This document shows, one piece after another, positions 44,177-54,244 of a stretch of 64,000 nt of DNA. The notes beneath the pieces are model-generated. The model ran no database searches, had not been told where the DNA came from, and was given only the letters and a program-made list of their open reading frames with translations. Positions within the stretch are counted from its first letter, which is position 1. The number at the start of each line of letters is the position of its first letter. Both the position numbers and the translations under genes were made by a program. This DNA is from Chthoniobacter sp. (GTDB lineage Bacteria > Verrucomicrobiota > Verrucomicrobiia > Chthoniobacterales > Chthoniobacteraceae), in the NCBI GenBank assembly GCA_037200205.1, contig JBBCHV010000028.1, positions 75,856-139,855 of the forward strand, given 5' to 3'.

Positions 44177-44628
44177 TTAGACTGGCAGTAGCTGAAGATT
44201 TTCTCGTAGATTTGCAACCACGTCTTCTGCTCCGAAGGATCGAGGACCGCCATCATTTTTAATAAGTTTGAAATCATGTCTTCGCGAACTTCGGCCACGA
44301 GGTTCGTGCCGGAAGTCGTAATCTGCACAAGCACTTTGCGCCGATCATCCTTAGCGTGCATCCGCTTCACGTGGCCGAGATTTTCCAGGCGGTCGATCAA
44401 CCCCGTGGCGGCGGCCGTGGAATGCCCCATCTTGCCCGCGATTTCGGACATTGTCAGCGCATTCTGCTCGCGTAGAAAACCGAGCAGGCAGTATTGTGGA
44501 AAGGATACATTTCCGCGGGATAACTCCTTGGAAAGGTTGAGGATGAAACAGCGCTGGAGGACAGTGAAAATGTCCGCCAGCCGCTCGGCGTCGGTGCGCA
44601 TGGGGTCCGCGGCGCGTAAGGTCGGCAT
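44173..44628 (-). CDS. MarR family regulator
   Basis: SFPQY, ATGLIDRLE, DDRRKVLVQITTSG; ATGA overlap with the tolC-like gene. Confidence 0.9.
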   Translation of the reverse strand: MPTLRAADPMRTDAERLADIFTVLQRCFILNLSKELSRGNVSFPQYCLLGFLREQNALTMSEIAGKMGHSTAAATGLIDRLENLGHVKRMHAKDDRRKVLVQITTSGTNLVAEVREDMISNLLKMMAVLDPSEQKTWLQIYEKIFSYCQSK

Positions 44629-44762
44629 AAATTTAATGGCGTTTACATTAAAGCCCTTGAACCACCCGTCAACCGTTCATTCGCAAACTCTCACGAATCG
44701 GCGTGTCGCGCATTCCGCGACAAACCTTGCAGCCCGGTGACTACGGCTGCTACCCTGCCCGC

Positions 44763-45260
44763 ATGGACATCGAATTGCTCCGTCATGTTTCCATTTTGCG
44801 CAAGCTTTCCGAGGAAGAATTGCGCGACTTCTGCGCCCTGCTCTCGGTGCGCGAGGTGAAGCCGCGGGAGCGCATCATCGAGGAAAATACGCCGGTGAAA
44901 AACTTTTCGATCGTCACCGAAGGCGTCGTTCACATCCGCCGGATGGCCGGCAGGCGCGAGATGCTGCTCGGCCGTCTCGGGCCCGGAGGTTTCTTCGGCG
45001 AGATCAATCTGTTCGATCCCGGCGTGGCCACCGCTAGCATTTACGCGATGAAGCCCACCAAGCTCGCCTATCTCGACTACGAGAGCTTTCACAAGTTCAT
45101 GGAGGGCAACTGCACGGTCGGCTACAAAATCGCCTCGGCCATGATGACCGAGATGGCCCGCCGCCTGCGGCAAACCAGCGCCCGCCTCGTAAACACCGCC
45201 TACTGGGCCAGCGCCGAGGGCGCCATCCCCCGCGCGACGCCGCCGGAAACGCCAGCCTAG
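44763..45260 (+). CDS. Stand-alone cyclic nucleotide-binding domain protein
   Basis: IVTEG, LGPGGFFGEINL, ATASI; no HTH. Confidence 0.85.
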   Translation: MDIELLRHVSILRKLSEEELRDFCALLSVREVKPRERIIEENTPVKNFSIVTEGVVHIRRMAGRREMLLGRLGPGGFFGEINLFDPGVATASIYAMKPTKLAYLDYESFHKFMEGNCTVGYKIASAMMTEMARRLRQTSARLVNTAYWASAEGAIPRATPPETPA

Positions 45261-45518
45261 GCCGGGCGGTCTCGAGTCCGCTTCCCCACCAATCGCGCCG
45301 GCCGCTTCCGCGCGAAGCGAAATGCCATGGCATGGCATCTCGCGTGCCGCCGGAAGGTGCGGCCGAGATGGCCAAACGAAAAAAAAATTGGAACCTTGTA
45401 TGGGCTTGTGCAGCCCTGTATCGCCTCCCCCTGCCCTGGCCCAACTGAGAGCCAACAGGGTGATTCACAAGCCTGTTCTAGAGCGGGTTGATTACGGTGA
45501 AAACGACGTCGCGGCACT

Positions 45519-45680
45519 CCGGGGAGCACACTCGTCCCGAGTGTTGGCGAAGGCGTCCCGGCCTTCGCGGACTTTCCAAGGCGGCCATGTAAGGGCAATG
45601 CATCCAGCGACCTCCGTACTGGTCGAAGTTCGTTTCGGCGGGACGCCGAAACCAGCACTCGGGACGAGCGCGCTCCCCGG
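45519..45680. repeat. Palindromic MITE/REPIN element, family B copy 2
   Basis: Arms match the reverse complement of 40803-40958; spacer divergent. Confidence 0.85.
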
Positions 45681-45895
45681 AGCTCTCCCTGTCGCATCCG
45701 TGGAATGGAGGCCAAACCGCTAATTTAAATGCTGTGAACGAACGACTTCGTCTTGCCGCAATCGAATTGCACTGATCGGCTTCCAAGTCAGGTGTCAAAG
45801 AACTTCCTTCCTTCCCCCAAGCGCTGCGGGGTCATGCCAGTTATATTCTGAAATGTCAACTGCTTTCCCCAGGCAACCAGCGGTCCCCGCCGGGC

Positions 45896-46240
45896 CTACT
45901 GAAATACCTGGTCGCCCTTTTTCGGCGTCCCCTTGACGATATCCGCCACCACGAACGGCGGCTTGCGAATCGCCGTCACTTTCAATTCCACCGGCGCGCC
46001 TCCCGGCACCGCATTAATCGTCAGCACCGTCCCCGCCATCGGCGCCGGCAACGAGCCATTGTCGATCAAGACAAAAGTCGGTTCGTCGCTCACCAAGGTC
46101 ACCGTGCCCACCAATCGGGGGACTTTGGCCTCGGCCCGCGGCGGCTTCTTTCCCCAGTGGGACCACCGTAACAGGCTGCAACCGGGCAGCAATACGATCA
46201 CCGCCAGCAGCGCGGAAAAAGAACGAAAGCGATGGAGCAT
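45896..46240 (-). CDS. Hypothetical lipoprotein
   Basis: Lipobox LPGC; beta-rich domain FVLID...VADIVKGTPKKGD. Confidence 0.7.
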   Translation of the reverse strand: MLHRFRSFSALLAVIVLLPGCSLLRWSHWGKKPPRAEAKVPRLVGTVTLVSDEPTFVLIDNGSLPAPMAGTVLTINAVPGGAPVELKVTAIRKPPFVVADIVKGTPKKGDQVFQ

Positions 46241-46311
46241 GAAAAAGAACCTGCGCCATCGCACCACGAAATCGCCTCCCCGGCAACCGGCGGACGACCT
46301 ACCCGCCACCC

Positions 46312-46434
46312 TCAATTCTCACCGGCGCCCCGATCCGCATGCGCGGTGAGGATCTTCAGGCCAAAAAGCAACACACGGGTGAGCACGATAAATGAGCCCG
46401 CCATGAGGCAGGCAATGGAAATGAGGGGGAACAT
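46312..46434 (-). CDS. Possible 40-aa single-TM small protein
   Basis: MFPLISIACLMAGSFIVLTRVLLFGLKILTAHADRGAGEN translated by hand. Confidence 0.3.
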   Translation of the reverse strand: MFPLISIACLMAGSFIVLTRVLLFGLKILTAHADRGAGEN

Positions 46435-46573
46435 AACGAGGTCACGAGACACCCATTCTGATAAAATGCAAATCACATTTTATGGTCCACAGTCTGCGCC
46501 AAATACCGGATGTCATTTCTGGAATTTTTCTTGCCATCCCCCGCGAACCACTCGAAATAGGCACCCCGCAATT

Positions 46574-46662
46574 GGTGAGGTGGCTGAGTGGTCGAAAGCG
46601 GCGCTTTGCTAAAGCGTTGTACCCCTTAAAAGGTACCCAGGGTTCGAATCCCTGCCTCACCG
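46574..46662 (+). tRNA. tRNA-Ser (GCT)
   Basis: Acceptor stem GGTGAGG/CCTCACC, D-loop AGTGG, anticodon loop TTGCTAA, long variable arm, GGTTCGAATCC. Confidence 0.96.
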
Positions 46663-46851
46663 CGGGTTTCAAGCCACTGGAAACCGGCGAGGGAGATGTC
46701 GCGGCAGGGCCGCTCATCCGCTTTGCCGTGCCAGCACAGTCGAGCCGCTGTCGAAAGACGTGGGGTAGCTCGTGCATCCGCGGCAGAAAACCCAGACCTG
46801 GATCCCGTTTCGGAGTGACGGAGGATTCGCTCAGGATGGCCTCGCGGCGGC

Positions 46852-47020
46852 TTTCGTCTGATTCGTCTCTTTCGTGGTTCTCCTCTTCCCCGAGAACCGA
46901 AGAGGAAACCACGAAAGAGACGAAATAAACGAAAAGCTTTCCGCCCTTTCGTGCCTTTTCGTGTATTTCGTGGACCCGCATCTTCGGTTGCGGCTTTGCC
47001 GTTTCCTGTTTTTCGTGGTT
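46852..47020. repeat. Inverted ~9-bp tandem arrays (TTCGT / ACGAA cores)
   Basis: CACGAAAGAGACGAAATAAACGAAA facing TTTCGTGCCTTTTCGTGTATTTCGTGG, with further units either side. Confidence 0.75.
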
Positions 47021-47041
47021 CCTTCCTCCGCATTGTCCCGA

Positions 47042-48118
47042 CTGAAACCTGTCCCACGCCCCGCACCGCCCACCGCACGAGGAGTCACTCCCAGGCTCGC
47101 TCTCCTGAGCCTCACTTTGGCTGTTTCCGGCTGCAGCACGGTCCGTTTCTATTCGCAGGCCATCGATGGCCAGGCGGAGATTCTCAACAAGGCGCGCCCG
47201 ATTTCCGCTGTCATGGAAGACGGCGGCATCTCGCCGCGCGTAAAGCAAAAACTGACCGTGGTGGAGGACGCCCGTCGCTTCGCCAGCGCGCAACTCGAAC
47301 TGCCCGCCGACCGCGAATACGCCCGCTACTCCGACCTCGGACGGCGCTACGTTTCGTGGGTGCTCTTCGCCGCGCCGGAGTTTTCGGTCGAGGGCAAGAC
47401 GTGGTGGTATCCCTTCGTGGGCAGCCTGGAGTATCGCGGTTACTTCACCGAGAAAGCCGCGCGCGCCGAGGCGCAACGCTTGCAGGCGCAGGGTTGGGAG
47501 GTCTATGTGGGCGGGGTCGAGGCCTACTCGACGCTCGGCGTTTTCCATGACCCGGTGCTAAACACGTTCTTCCACCGCTCCGACGCCGAACTCGCCGAGG
47601 TCATCTTCCACGAGCTCACGCACGTGAAGCTCTTCCTTCCCGGGGACAGCGATTTCAACGAAGCCTTCGCCACCGCCAATGCGGAAGCCGCCGTGCGGCG
47701 CTGGCTGCTGGCCAAGGGCGATCGCGCGGCCCTCGCCCGCTACGAAACCGCTCTGGCGAAGGACCGCGATATTGTCGCGTTGCTGCTCGCGACTCGGGAA
47801 AAGTTCCGCGAGCTCTATGCGCGGCGTGACCTCTCACCAGCCCAAATGCGCGCGGGCAAAGCCGGCGTTTTCGCCCAGCTTCACCGCGGCTATCTCGAGA
47901 TTCGCCGCCGTCATCACGGCGATTCGCTTTACGACCAGGCCTTCTCCAAGCCTTGGAACAACGCCCGGCTCAACACCGTCGCCACCTACTACGTGCTCGT
48001 CCCCGGCTTCCAGCGCCTGCTCCAGCGCCAGCACGGCGATCTCCACGCCTTCTACGCGGCGGTAGGCAAGATGCGGCACCTGAGCAAGGAGGAGCGTAGG
48101 GCGAGGCTGGCGGAGTGA
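47042..48118 (+). CDS. Putative zinc aminopeptidase lipoprotein; start uncertain
   Basis: LAVSGC lipobox, YRGYF, AYSTLG, IFHELTH, FNEAFAT, NNARL. Confidence 0.85.
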   Translation: MKPVPRPAPPTARGVTPRLALLSLTLAVSGCSTVRFYSQAIDGQAEILNKARPISAVMEDGGISPRVKQKLTVVEDARRFASAQLELPADREYARYSDLGRRYVSWVLFAAPEFSVEGKTWWYPFVGSLEYRGYFTEKAARAEAQRLQAQGWEVYVGGVEAYSTLGVFHDPVLNTFFHRSDAELAEVIFHELTHVKLFLPGDSDFNEAFATANAEAAVRRWLLAKGDRAALARYETALAKDRDIVALLLATREKFRELYARRDLSPAQMRAGKAGVFAQLHRGYLEIRRRHHGDSLYDQAFSKPWNNARLNTVATYYVLVPGFQRLLQRQHGDLHAFYAAVGKMRHLSKEERRARLAE

Positions 48119-48262
48119 AATATTCCTCCACATAGCCCATCCAGCCCACGCACCATTAGGTGCCCACGCGCACTGTCGGGTATCATGCGTGAATGCACCC
48201 TCATTCCGACTCCCCTTCGCTCGATCCCGCTCCCTTCAACGGAGGGGATGAAAAAGGGCATT

Positions 48263-48330
48263 TTTGCCAAACGAACCCATTTTCGCCGGGAAAATTAAGC
48301 CGTCTCAAGGCAAATCAAGCCAATTCAAGG
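48263..48330. repeat. CCAAACGAACCCA motif followed by ~10-bp TCAAG-core repeats
   Basis: AATTAAGCCG TCTCAAGGCA AATCAAGCCA ATTCAAGG. Confidence 0.55.
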
Positions 48331-48348
48331 TCGGGGTCCCTATTGCTC

Positions 48349-48798
48349 CTACTTCATCACCGAGAACAGCACCTTCCACCCGAACGTCGCCACTCCGATG
48401 ACCTTGTAGCCTACCGCGACGACCCCGATCGACAGCGCTCCGATGGAATTGAAGCCGCAGGCCACGATCGCGCCGAGACTCACGACGCCGAGCGAAAAGA
48501 CCCCCATCGACACCACGCCCAGCGAGACGAATCCTCCCGCCACGATCCCGATCGCGACGGCGCCCACCGCGCGCTGCCCGATGGCGATGATGCCAATGGC
48601 TATCCGCGCCTTCCCCATCTCGTCGTGACCGAAGGCCACGTGCACGAGCGGGACTCCCATCCACCGCCCGCGGCTCTGCCATTCGTAACCCGCCGCCTCG
48701 ATCTGGGCGCGCCCCGGCTGCAACGCCCCGCAATGCGAGCACGTGGCATCGCTGGCATTCACAGGCGCGCCGCAGTCGCGGCAGGAAGCGTTTGGCAT
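48349..48798 (-). CDS. Zinc-ribbon + Gly-rich membrane protein
   Basis: CRDC...CSHC, GVPLVHVAFG, repeated A(I/V)G motifs. Confidence 0.75.
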   Translation of the reverse strand: MPNASCRDCGAPVNASDATCSHCGALQPGRAQIEAAGYEWQSRGRWMGVPLVHVAFGHDEMGKARIAIGIIAIGQRAVGAVAIGIVAGGFVSLGVVSMGVFSLGVVSLGAIVACGFNSIGALSIGVVAVGYKVIGVATFGWKVLFSVMK

Positions 48799-48888
48799 CG
48801 TCTCACCCTGCCTTTCTTTCCGCTCGAATAGCAAGATGGACTGGCCGCTCACTCCAAGGTCGAGCGCTCGTACCACAGAGCGAAATAC

Positions 48889-49089
48889 TTACCGCAAGGT
48901 CGCATCACCGCCGCCACTTCTGCCGCCCTTTCCCGATCGAAGGCGAACGATCGCCCTCTCCAGTTTTTTCGCGCCAAGGCGAACGAGACTTCCCGCAATG
49001 CCAGCGAGCAAAGCCAACGGAAGCAGCCGCGTCCACGCGAGGTGTTGAAGCTGTTCGACGAAAGGATCCAAGGAGTTTGCCATACTCAT
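48889..49089 (-). CDS. Small single-TM hypothetical protein
   Basis: 66-aa ORF with a hydrophobic helix followed by basic residues. Confidence 0.4.
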   Translation of the reverse strand: MSMANSLDPFVEQLQHLAWTRLLPLALLAGIAGSLVRLGAKKLERAIVRLRSGKGGRSGGGDATLR

Positions 49090-49260
49090 CGATTAGCAGC
49101 CCGCCTGCCAGGAGGCTGACTTTGTCCCGCGACCGTGATCTGGGTGATTTGCGGGCCTTTTTCTTTCAGTGTCTCTAAGCCTTGCCTCGACCATGGGTAG
49201 TGGGTAGGCGTAACGATTCGCCCTCCCACCCCCGGCGTCTTCATCTCTCATTCGATCTTC

Positions 49261-50265
49261 ATGAAAAAAAACCTCCGTCTTCTCTTCCTCCTCGCGCTGG
49301 CCGCCAGCCCTGCCTTTTCCAGCTTGGCCGCCGAGGCGAAGCGCGTGCTCGTCGTCACCACCACCACCGGCTTCCGTCATAGCTCGATTGCCGTTGCGGA
49401 ACAAACGCTGCAAAAACTCGGCGAAGAATCCGGCGCGTTCACCGTCGTGGACTTCGCCCGCCAGCCGGATATCCAGGTGCCCAGGAAGCCGAACAAGCCC
49501 AAAGACCTCCCGGCGGAGGCCGACGACAAGGCCAAGGCCCGCCACGAAGCGGACCTGAAGAAATACGACGCGGAGATGGCCAAGTGGACCCCGGAATTCG
49601 AAAAGCAGGCCAAGGACACGCAGGCGCAGCTCGATGCCGGCATCAAGCAGAGCCTCGAGAAGGTCAGCCCGGCCAATCTCGCCGCCAACAAGATCGACAT
49701 GGTCATTTTCGCCAACACCACCGGCGATCTGCCGCTGCCCGACAAGGAAGGCTTCATCCAATGGATCGAAGACGGCCACGCGTTCGCCGCGATGCACAGC
49801 GGCAGCGACACCTTCCACAAATTCCCCGGTTATATCGAAATGCTCGGCGGCGAATTTGAAACGCATCACGCCCAGGTGCCCGCCGACCTCGTGGCCGCCG
49901 ACACCGCGAGCCCGGCCAACGCCGGTCTCGGCGCGAAATGGGACATCAAGCAGGAAGAGATGTATCACATCAAGAGTCAGGACCGTGCGAAGGTCCACAT
50001 GCTGTGGTTCATGCAGCACGATCCGAATGAAACGGCGACGCAGGTCTTCTTCCCCGTCTCGTGGTGCAAGATGGCGGGCAAAGGCCGCGTCTTCTACACC
50101 TCGCTCGGCCATCGTGAAGACTTGTGGAGCGACGATCCCGCTCTGCCCGGCCGCGTGAACACGCCCGAGATCAGCAAGCAGTACCAGGCGCACATCCTCG
50201 GCGGCATCAAGTGGGCGCTGGGGTTGGCGGATGGCAGCGCGACGCCGAATCCGGAAGTGAAGTAG
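49261..50265 (+). CDS. ThuA domain-containing protein
   Basis: GFRHSSI, FANTTG, MHSGSDT, EEMY, GRVFYTSLGH. Confidence 0.92.
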   Translation: MKKNLRLLFLLALAASPAFSSLAAEAKRVLVVTTTTGFRHSSIAVAEQTLQKLGEESGAFTVVDFARQPDIQVPRKPNKPKDLPAEADDKAKARHEADLKKYDAEMAKWTPEFEKQAKDTQAQLDAGIKQSLEKVSPANLAANKIDMVIFANTTGDLPLPDKEGFIQWIEDGHAFAAMHSGSDTFHKFPGYIEMLGGEFETHHAQVPADLVAADTASPANAGLGAKWDIKQEEMYHIKSQDRAKVHMLWFMQHDPNETATQVFFPVSWCKMAGKGRVFYTSLGHREDLWSDDPALPGRVNTPEISKQYQAHILGGIKWALGLADGSATPNPEVK

Positions 50266-50278
50266 GGCTGCTGGGGCG

Positions 50279-50634
50279 GTTGATAGTTGAGGGTTGAGAG
50301 CTGATAGCTGGTTTTCGGACGGCGTTCGTCGCAGCGTGGACGAGTCAGGCACTTGTCTGGCGCGTCCCCCTCCCCACTCGTCATTCTGAGCTTGCGAAGA
50401 ACCTCTGATCTCGCTCTGGCATCTGATGCATGGCTGACCCTGCAAGCTTGGCACCATCTTCTGCCAGATGGGTGAAGAAAGGCAGAAAATCAGAGGTTCT
50501 TCGCAAGCTCAGAATGAGGGGGCGGGGGGCGCCTGCGGCGCAAAGAGGTTCTCCGGCAAAGCTCCAGGATGAATTGCGCGGTCCACGGAACATCGCCCGC
50601 AAACCCGCGAAGGCTCTCAACTCTCAACTCTCCG
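50279..50634. repeat. Inverted heptamer arrays enclosing family A copy 2
   Basis: TTGATAG TTGAGGG TTGAGAG CTGATAG ... CTCTCAA CTCTCAA. Confidence 0.7.
50380..50518. repeat. Palindromic MITE/REP-doublet element, family A copy 2
   Basis: IR GTCATTCTGAGCTTGCGAAGAACCTCTGAT; spacer homologous to 2675-2814. Confidence 0.85.
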
Positions 50635-50636
50635 CC

Positions 50637-51929
50637 CTACCGCATCCAACGGTCCGCGTAGTCGAGCCACACCGCCCAGTCTTCACGGGTCATTGAGTGT
50701 TTGCCGGGGCGGATGTAGTAGCCCAGCCGGCTCGGGAGCAATTGGCTGACGGCGGGTGCCTGTTCCGCACCGAGGCCGTCGCCGGCGAGCAGCTGGTAGA
50801 CGGGGTCGGCGGCGCGCAGCATTTCGAACTGGCCCGCGGGATTCGCCCACTGATCTTCGGTCGCGCAGGAGAGCAGCACCGGACGTGGCGCACACAGCGC
50901 GATGAGTTCATGCTGATCGAAGGGCAGCCGCGCCGGTTGTTCGTTGAACGCTTTGAAGTTGCCGCAGAACCAATGGGGAAAGGTTGTGTTGATGCGCTTC
51001 ACGGTCTCCACGATGGCCCGCCCGTTCGCCCCTTCCGTGGAAAGCTCCGCGGAAACCCGGCAGGGCGCCGTGCCGCCGCAACCGGCCTGGCTGGGGATCG
51101 CCAGTGCGAAGCGATCGTCGAATGCGGCGGCGAGCAGCGCCGTCTTGCCGTTGCGGGAGTGGCCCACGACGGCGATGCGCTTCGCATCGAGCGCGGGATC
51201 GGTCACGAGATAATCCACCGCGCGGCTCAGGCACCAGGCCCACGCGGCGATCGTCGCGGTGTCGCTCGGGCCGCGCTCGGCGGAGCCCGGTGAGCGAAAC
51301 TTTTGCAGCATGGCCTCCGCGGCGTCCTTGTCATCGGGCACGACTTCACCGTTCCAAAAGGTCGCCACGGCGTAGCCGCGCGCGATCGATTGATCCAGCG
51401 CCCATTTATCCACTTCCGAGCCGCGGCTTTGTTCGAGAGTTTCGCCTTTCCTGGATTTCCAGCCCGGCGGAGCGGAGATTTGCGGATCGGCGAGCAGGGC
51501 GTGATTGCCGCTGAAGTTCAGCCCGAGAAAAACCGGCGCGGGCTTCTTCGCCTCATTGGGCGTAACCAGCAGCAGATGAATCTCCGTACCCTCCGGACGC
51601 GACAGCGCGAGCGTGATCTCGCGCAGCGTCGCCTTGCCCCCGAGCGCCGCCTTGTCCTCGCGCGTGACTTTTGCCGTGACCTTGGCCGTCTCGGGCCACG
51701 TCCCATATTCGTAGTGCTGAAACAGCCGGCGCAATTCGGGTGCGCGCTTTTCCTGCCAGACCTCGCGGGTGGTCACACGCTGTCCATCGGCGGAGGCGAG
51801 CGGGTCGGGCAGGCTCGCATGGACGGGCAGCGCCTGCGGATCGGGATAGGTGATCTCGGCGGCGCTGAGAGTGGCAGCGAGGGTCATGACAGCAAGGAAG
51901 GCGAGCGAAGGGGGGCGATTCGGGGGCAT
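50637..51929 (-). CDS. CE15 glucuronoyl esterase-like hydrolase
   Basis: LPDPL, AWAWCLSRAVDYL, GHSRNGK, PFDQHELIALCAPRP, DQWANP. Confidence 0.88.
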   Translation of the reverse strand: MPPNRPPSLAFLAVMTLAATLSAAEITYPDPQALPVHASLPDPLASADGQRVTTREVWQEKRAPELRRLFQHYEYGTWPETAKVTAKVTREDKAALGGKATLREITLALSRPEGTEIHLLLVTPNEAKKPAPVFLGLNFSGNHALLADPQISAPPGWKSRKGETLEQSRGSEVDKWALDQSIARGYAVATFWNGEVVPDDKDAAEAMLQKFRSPGSAERGPSDTATIAAWAWCLSRAVDYLVTDPALDAKRIAVVGHSRNGKTALLAAAFDDRFALAIPSQAGCGGTAPCRVSAELSTEGANGRAIVETVKRINTTFPHWFCGNFKAFNEQPARLPFDQHELIALCAPRPVLLSCATEDQWANPAGQFEMLRAADPVYQLLAGDGLGAEQAPAVSQLLPSRLGYYIRPGKHSMTREDWAVWLDYADRWMR

Positions 51930-51991
51930 GCGCGAGCCTAACCGGAAAAACGCTTCCCCCGCCAATCGCAAATATGGCTAGGCTGCCGGCC

Positions 51992-53062
51992 ATGACCGAT
52001 CCTTTGCCAGAAAAGCCGCGCCGGCGCCCGCGCTATTCCGGGAAAAACCCGCGGCACTTCCACGAGAAGTACAAGGAGCACCAACCGGATCGCTACGCCG
52101 CCGATGTCGAGAAGGTGCTGGCCAGCGGCAAGACGCCGGCGGGCACGCACCGCCCGATCATGGTGCGGGAGATCCTGGAAGCGCTCGCGCCACAGCCGGG
52201 AGAATTCGCGATCGACGCCACACTCGGCTACGGCGGCCACGCCCGCGAGCTTCTGTCCGCGATCGCGCCCGGTGGACGGCTCATCGGCCTCGATGTCGAT
52301 CCGGTCGAGTTGCCCAAGACCGTAGATCGATTGCGAGCCCTGGGCTTCGGCCCGGACGTCTTCACCGCTCACCGCATCAATTACGCCGGCCTGGCCGCGC
52401 TGCTCGCCCGCGAAGCCCCCGGCGGCGCCGACCTGATCCTCGCCGACCTCGGACTGTCTTCGATGCAGATCGACAACCCGGCCCGCGGGTTCACCTTCAA
52501 GGTCGAGGGGCCGCTCGATTTGCGAATGAACCCCGAGCGCGGCCAGCCCGCTTCCGCTTTGCTCGCCACGATCACCGCCGTGAAGTTGGAGCAGTTGCTG
52601 ACCGAAAACGCCGACGAACCCCACGCCACCTTGCTGACTCGTGCCATCCTGGAAACACGAGCGCGCACGCCGATCCTCACGACCACCGCGCTGGCCGCCG
52701 TCATTCGCCAGGCGCTCGCCCCCCTGCCCCGCGTCGAACCCAACGATGCCATCCGCCGCGTCTTCCAAGCCCTGCGCATCGCGGTGAACGATGAATTCAG
52801 TGCGCTGGATGCTTTCCTGCGCCACCTGCCGCAATGCCTGCGACCCGGGGGACGCGTGGCCATCCTCACCTTTCACTCGGGCGAAGACCGGCGCGTCAAA
52901 CACGCCTTCAAGGCCGGCCGGCAAGAGGGCGCCTACGCGGAGATCGCCCGCGATGTCCTGCGGCCTGGTGCGGAGGAGTTGCGCGCCAATCCACGCTCGG
53001 CCAGCGCCAAGCTGCGCTGGGCGAAGCGGGGGAGCGAAAAGTTGATGGTTGAGAGTGGATAG
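51992..53062 (+). CDS. rsmH: 16S rRNA m4C1402 methyltransferase RsmH-like (stand-alone copy)
   Basis: DATLGYGGH, DLGLSSMQID, GPLDLRM, FQALRIAVN, FHSGEDR, NPRSASAKLR. Confidence 0.88.
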   Translation: MTDPLPEKPRRRPRYSGKNPRHFHEKYKEHQPDRYAADVEKVLASGKTPAGTHRPIMVREILEALAPQPGEFAIDATLGYGGHARELLSAIAPGGRLIGLDVDPVELPKTVDRLRALGFGPDVFTAHRINYAGLAALLAREAPGGADLILADLGLSSMQIDNPARGFTFKVEGPLDLRMNPERGQPASALLATITAVKLEQLLTENADEPHATLLTRAILETRARTPILTTTALAAVIRQALAPLPRVEPNDAIRRVFQALRIAVNDEFSALDAFLRHLPQCLRPGGRVAILTFHSGEDRRVKHAFKAGRQEGAYAEIARDVLRPGAEELRANPRSASAKLRWAKRGSEKLMVESG

Positions 53063-53193
53063 TTGATAGCCGTTTTCTCGTCAGCGGGGACTCTTTCCAA
53101 AACCAACCGTTATTCTTTCGATGCTTTCTGATACTCACCGGCTCCCGCAAACCACCGGCGGCTAGCAACCATCCACTTTCCACTCTCCACTTT
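53041..53193. repeat. Inverted heptamer arrays with a ~90-bp spacer
   Basis: TTGATGG TTGAGAG TGGATAG TTGATAG ... CCATCCA CTTTCCA CTCTCCA. Confidence 0.7.
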
Positions 53194-53198
53194 TCTCT

Positions 53199-54191
53199 AT
53201 GAACGTCGCCTTTTTCAGCACGAAGAAATACGATCGCTCTTCCTTCCTCGCGGCCAATGCGGAGCGTCATACCTTGCGCTTCCTCGATCCGCATCTCACC
53301 GTCGAAACGGTCGCGCTGGCCCGCGGCGCGGACGCGGTGTGCGCCTTCGTGAACGATACGCTCGATGCGGGGGTGATCGAGGAGCTCTCCGCGCTCGGCG
53401 TGCGCTTCATTGCATTGCGCTGCGCCGGGTTCAACAATGTCGACCTGCCGGAAGCCGCCCGGCTCGGCATCGCCGTGGGGCGCGTGCCGTCCTATTCCCC
53501 GCACGCCGTGGCGGAATACACTGTGGCGCTGATGCTCACCCTGAATCGGCAGACTCACCGGGCGCACAATCGCGTCCGGGAAGGCAACTTTTCTCTCGAA
53601 GGGTTGCTCGGGTTCGATTTTCACGGGCGCACCGTGGGCCTCATCGGCACGGGCAAGATCGGCGCGATCACCGCGAAGATTCTCCTCGGATTCGGCTGCG
53701 AAGTGATCGCCTACGATCCTTTCCCGAACAAGGATTGCACGGCGCTGGGCGTGGAGTTCGTGACCCTCGATCAACTCTTCAGCCGGGCGCATGTCATCTC
53801 CCTCCACTGCCCGCTCACCCCGGAAAACCATCACCTCATCAGCGATCCCGCCCTGGCCAAGATGCGCGACGGCGTGATGATCATCAACACCAGCCGCGGC
53901 GCGCTCATCGATACCCGGGCGGTGATCGAGGCCCTCAAGTCGGGCCGCGTCGGCTACCTCGGGCTCGACGTCTATGAGGAGGAAGGCGACCTTTTTTTCG
54001 AGGATCTCTCGGACAAGATTATTGCGGACGACATCTTCACCCGCCTGCTCACCTTTCCGAATGTGCTCATCACCGGGCACCAGGCCTTTTTCACGCGCAA
54101 CGCCCTCGAGAATATCGCCGCCACCACGGTGGCAAATCTCACGGAATTCGAAACCACCGGCCGCTGCACCAACGCCCCGCCGGCCAAGTGA
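53199..54191 (+). CDS. ldhA: D-lactate / 2-hydroxyacid dehydrogenase
   Basis: [42 protein letters not shown]. Confidence 0.92.
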   Translation: MNVAFFSTKKYDRSSFLAANAERHTLRFLDPHLTVETVALARGADAVCAFVNDTLDAGVIEELSALGVRFIALRCAGFNNVDLPEAARLGIAVGRVPSYSPHAVAEYTVALMLTLNRQTHRAHNRVREGNFSLEGLLGFDFHGRTVGLIGTGKIGAITAKILLGFGCEVIAYDPFPNKDCTALGVEFVTLDQLFSRAHVISLHCPLTPENHHLISDPALAKMRDGVMIINTSRGALIDTRAVIEALKSGRVGYLGLDVYEEEGDLFFEDLSDKIIADDIFTRLLTFPNVLITGHQAFFTRNALENIAATTVANLTEFETTGRCTNAPPAK

Positions 54192-54244
54192 ACGGCGGGT
54201 CTTTCCTTGCGCGCATCGCAGACCGGCTCTACACAAGCTGCCCT

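Noticed and set aside
46574-47100. tRNA-Ser as an integration site for an island or prophage
   Set aside because: No integrase and no duplicated tRNA 3' end seen in the window
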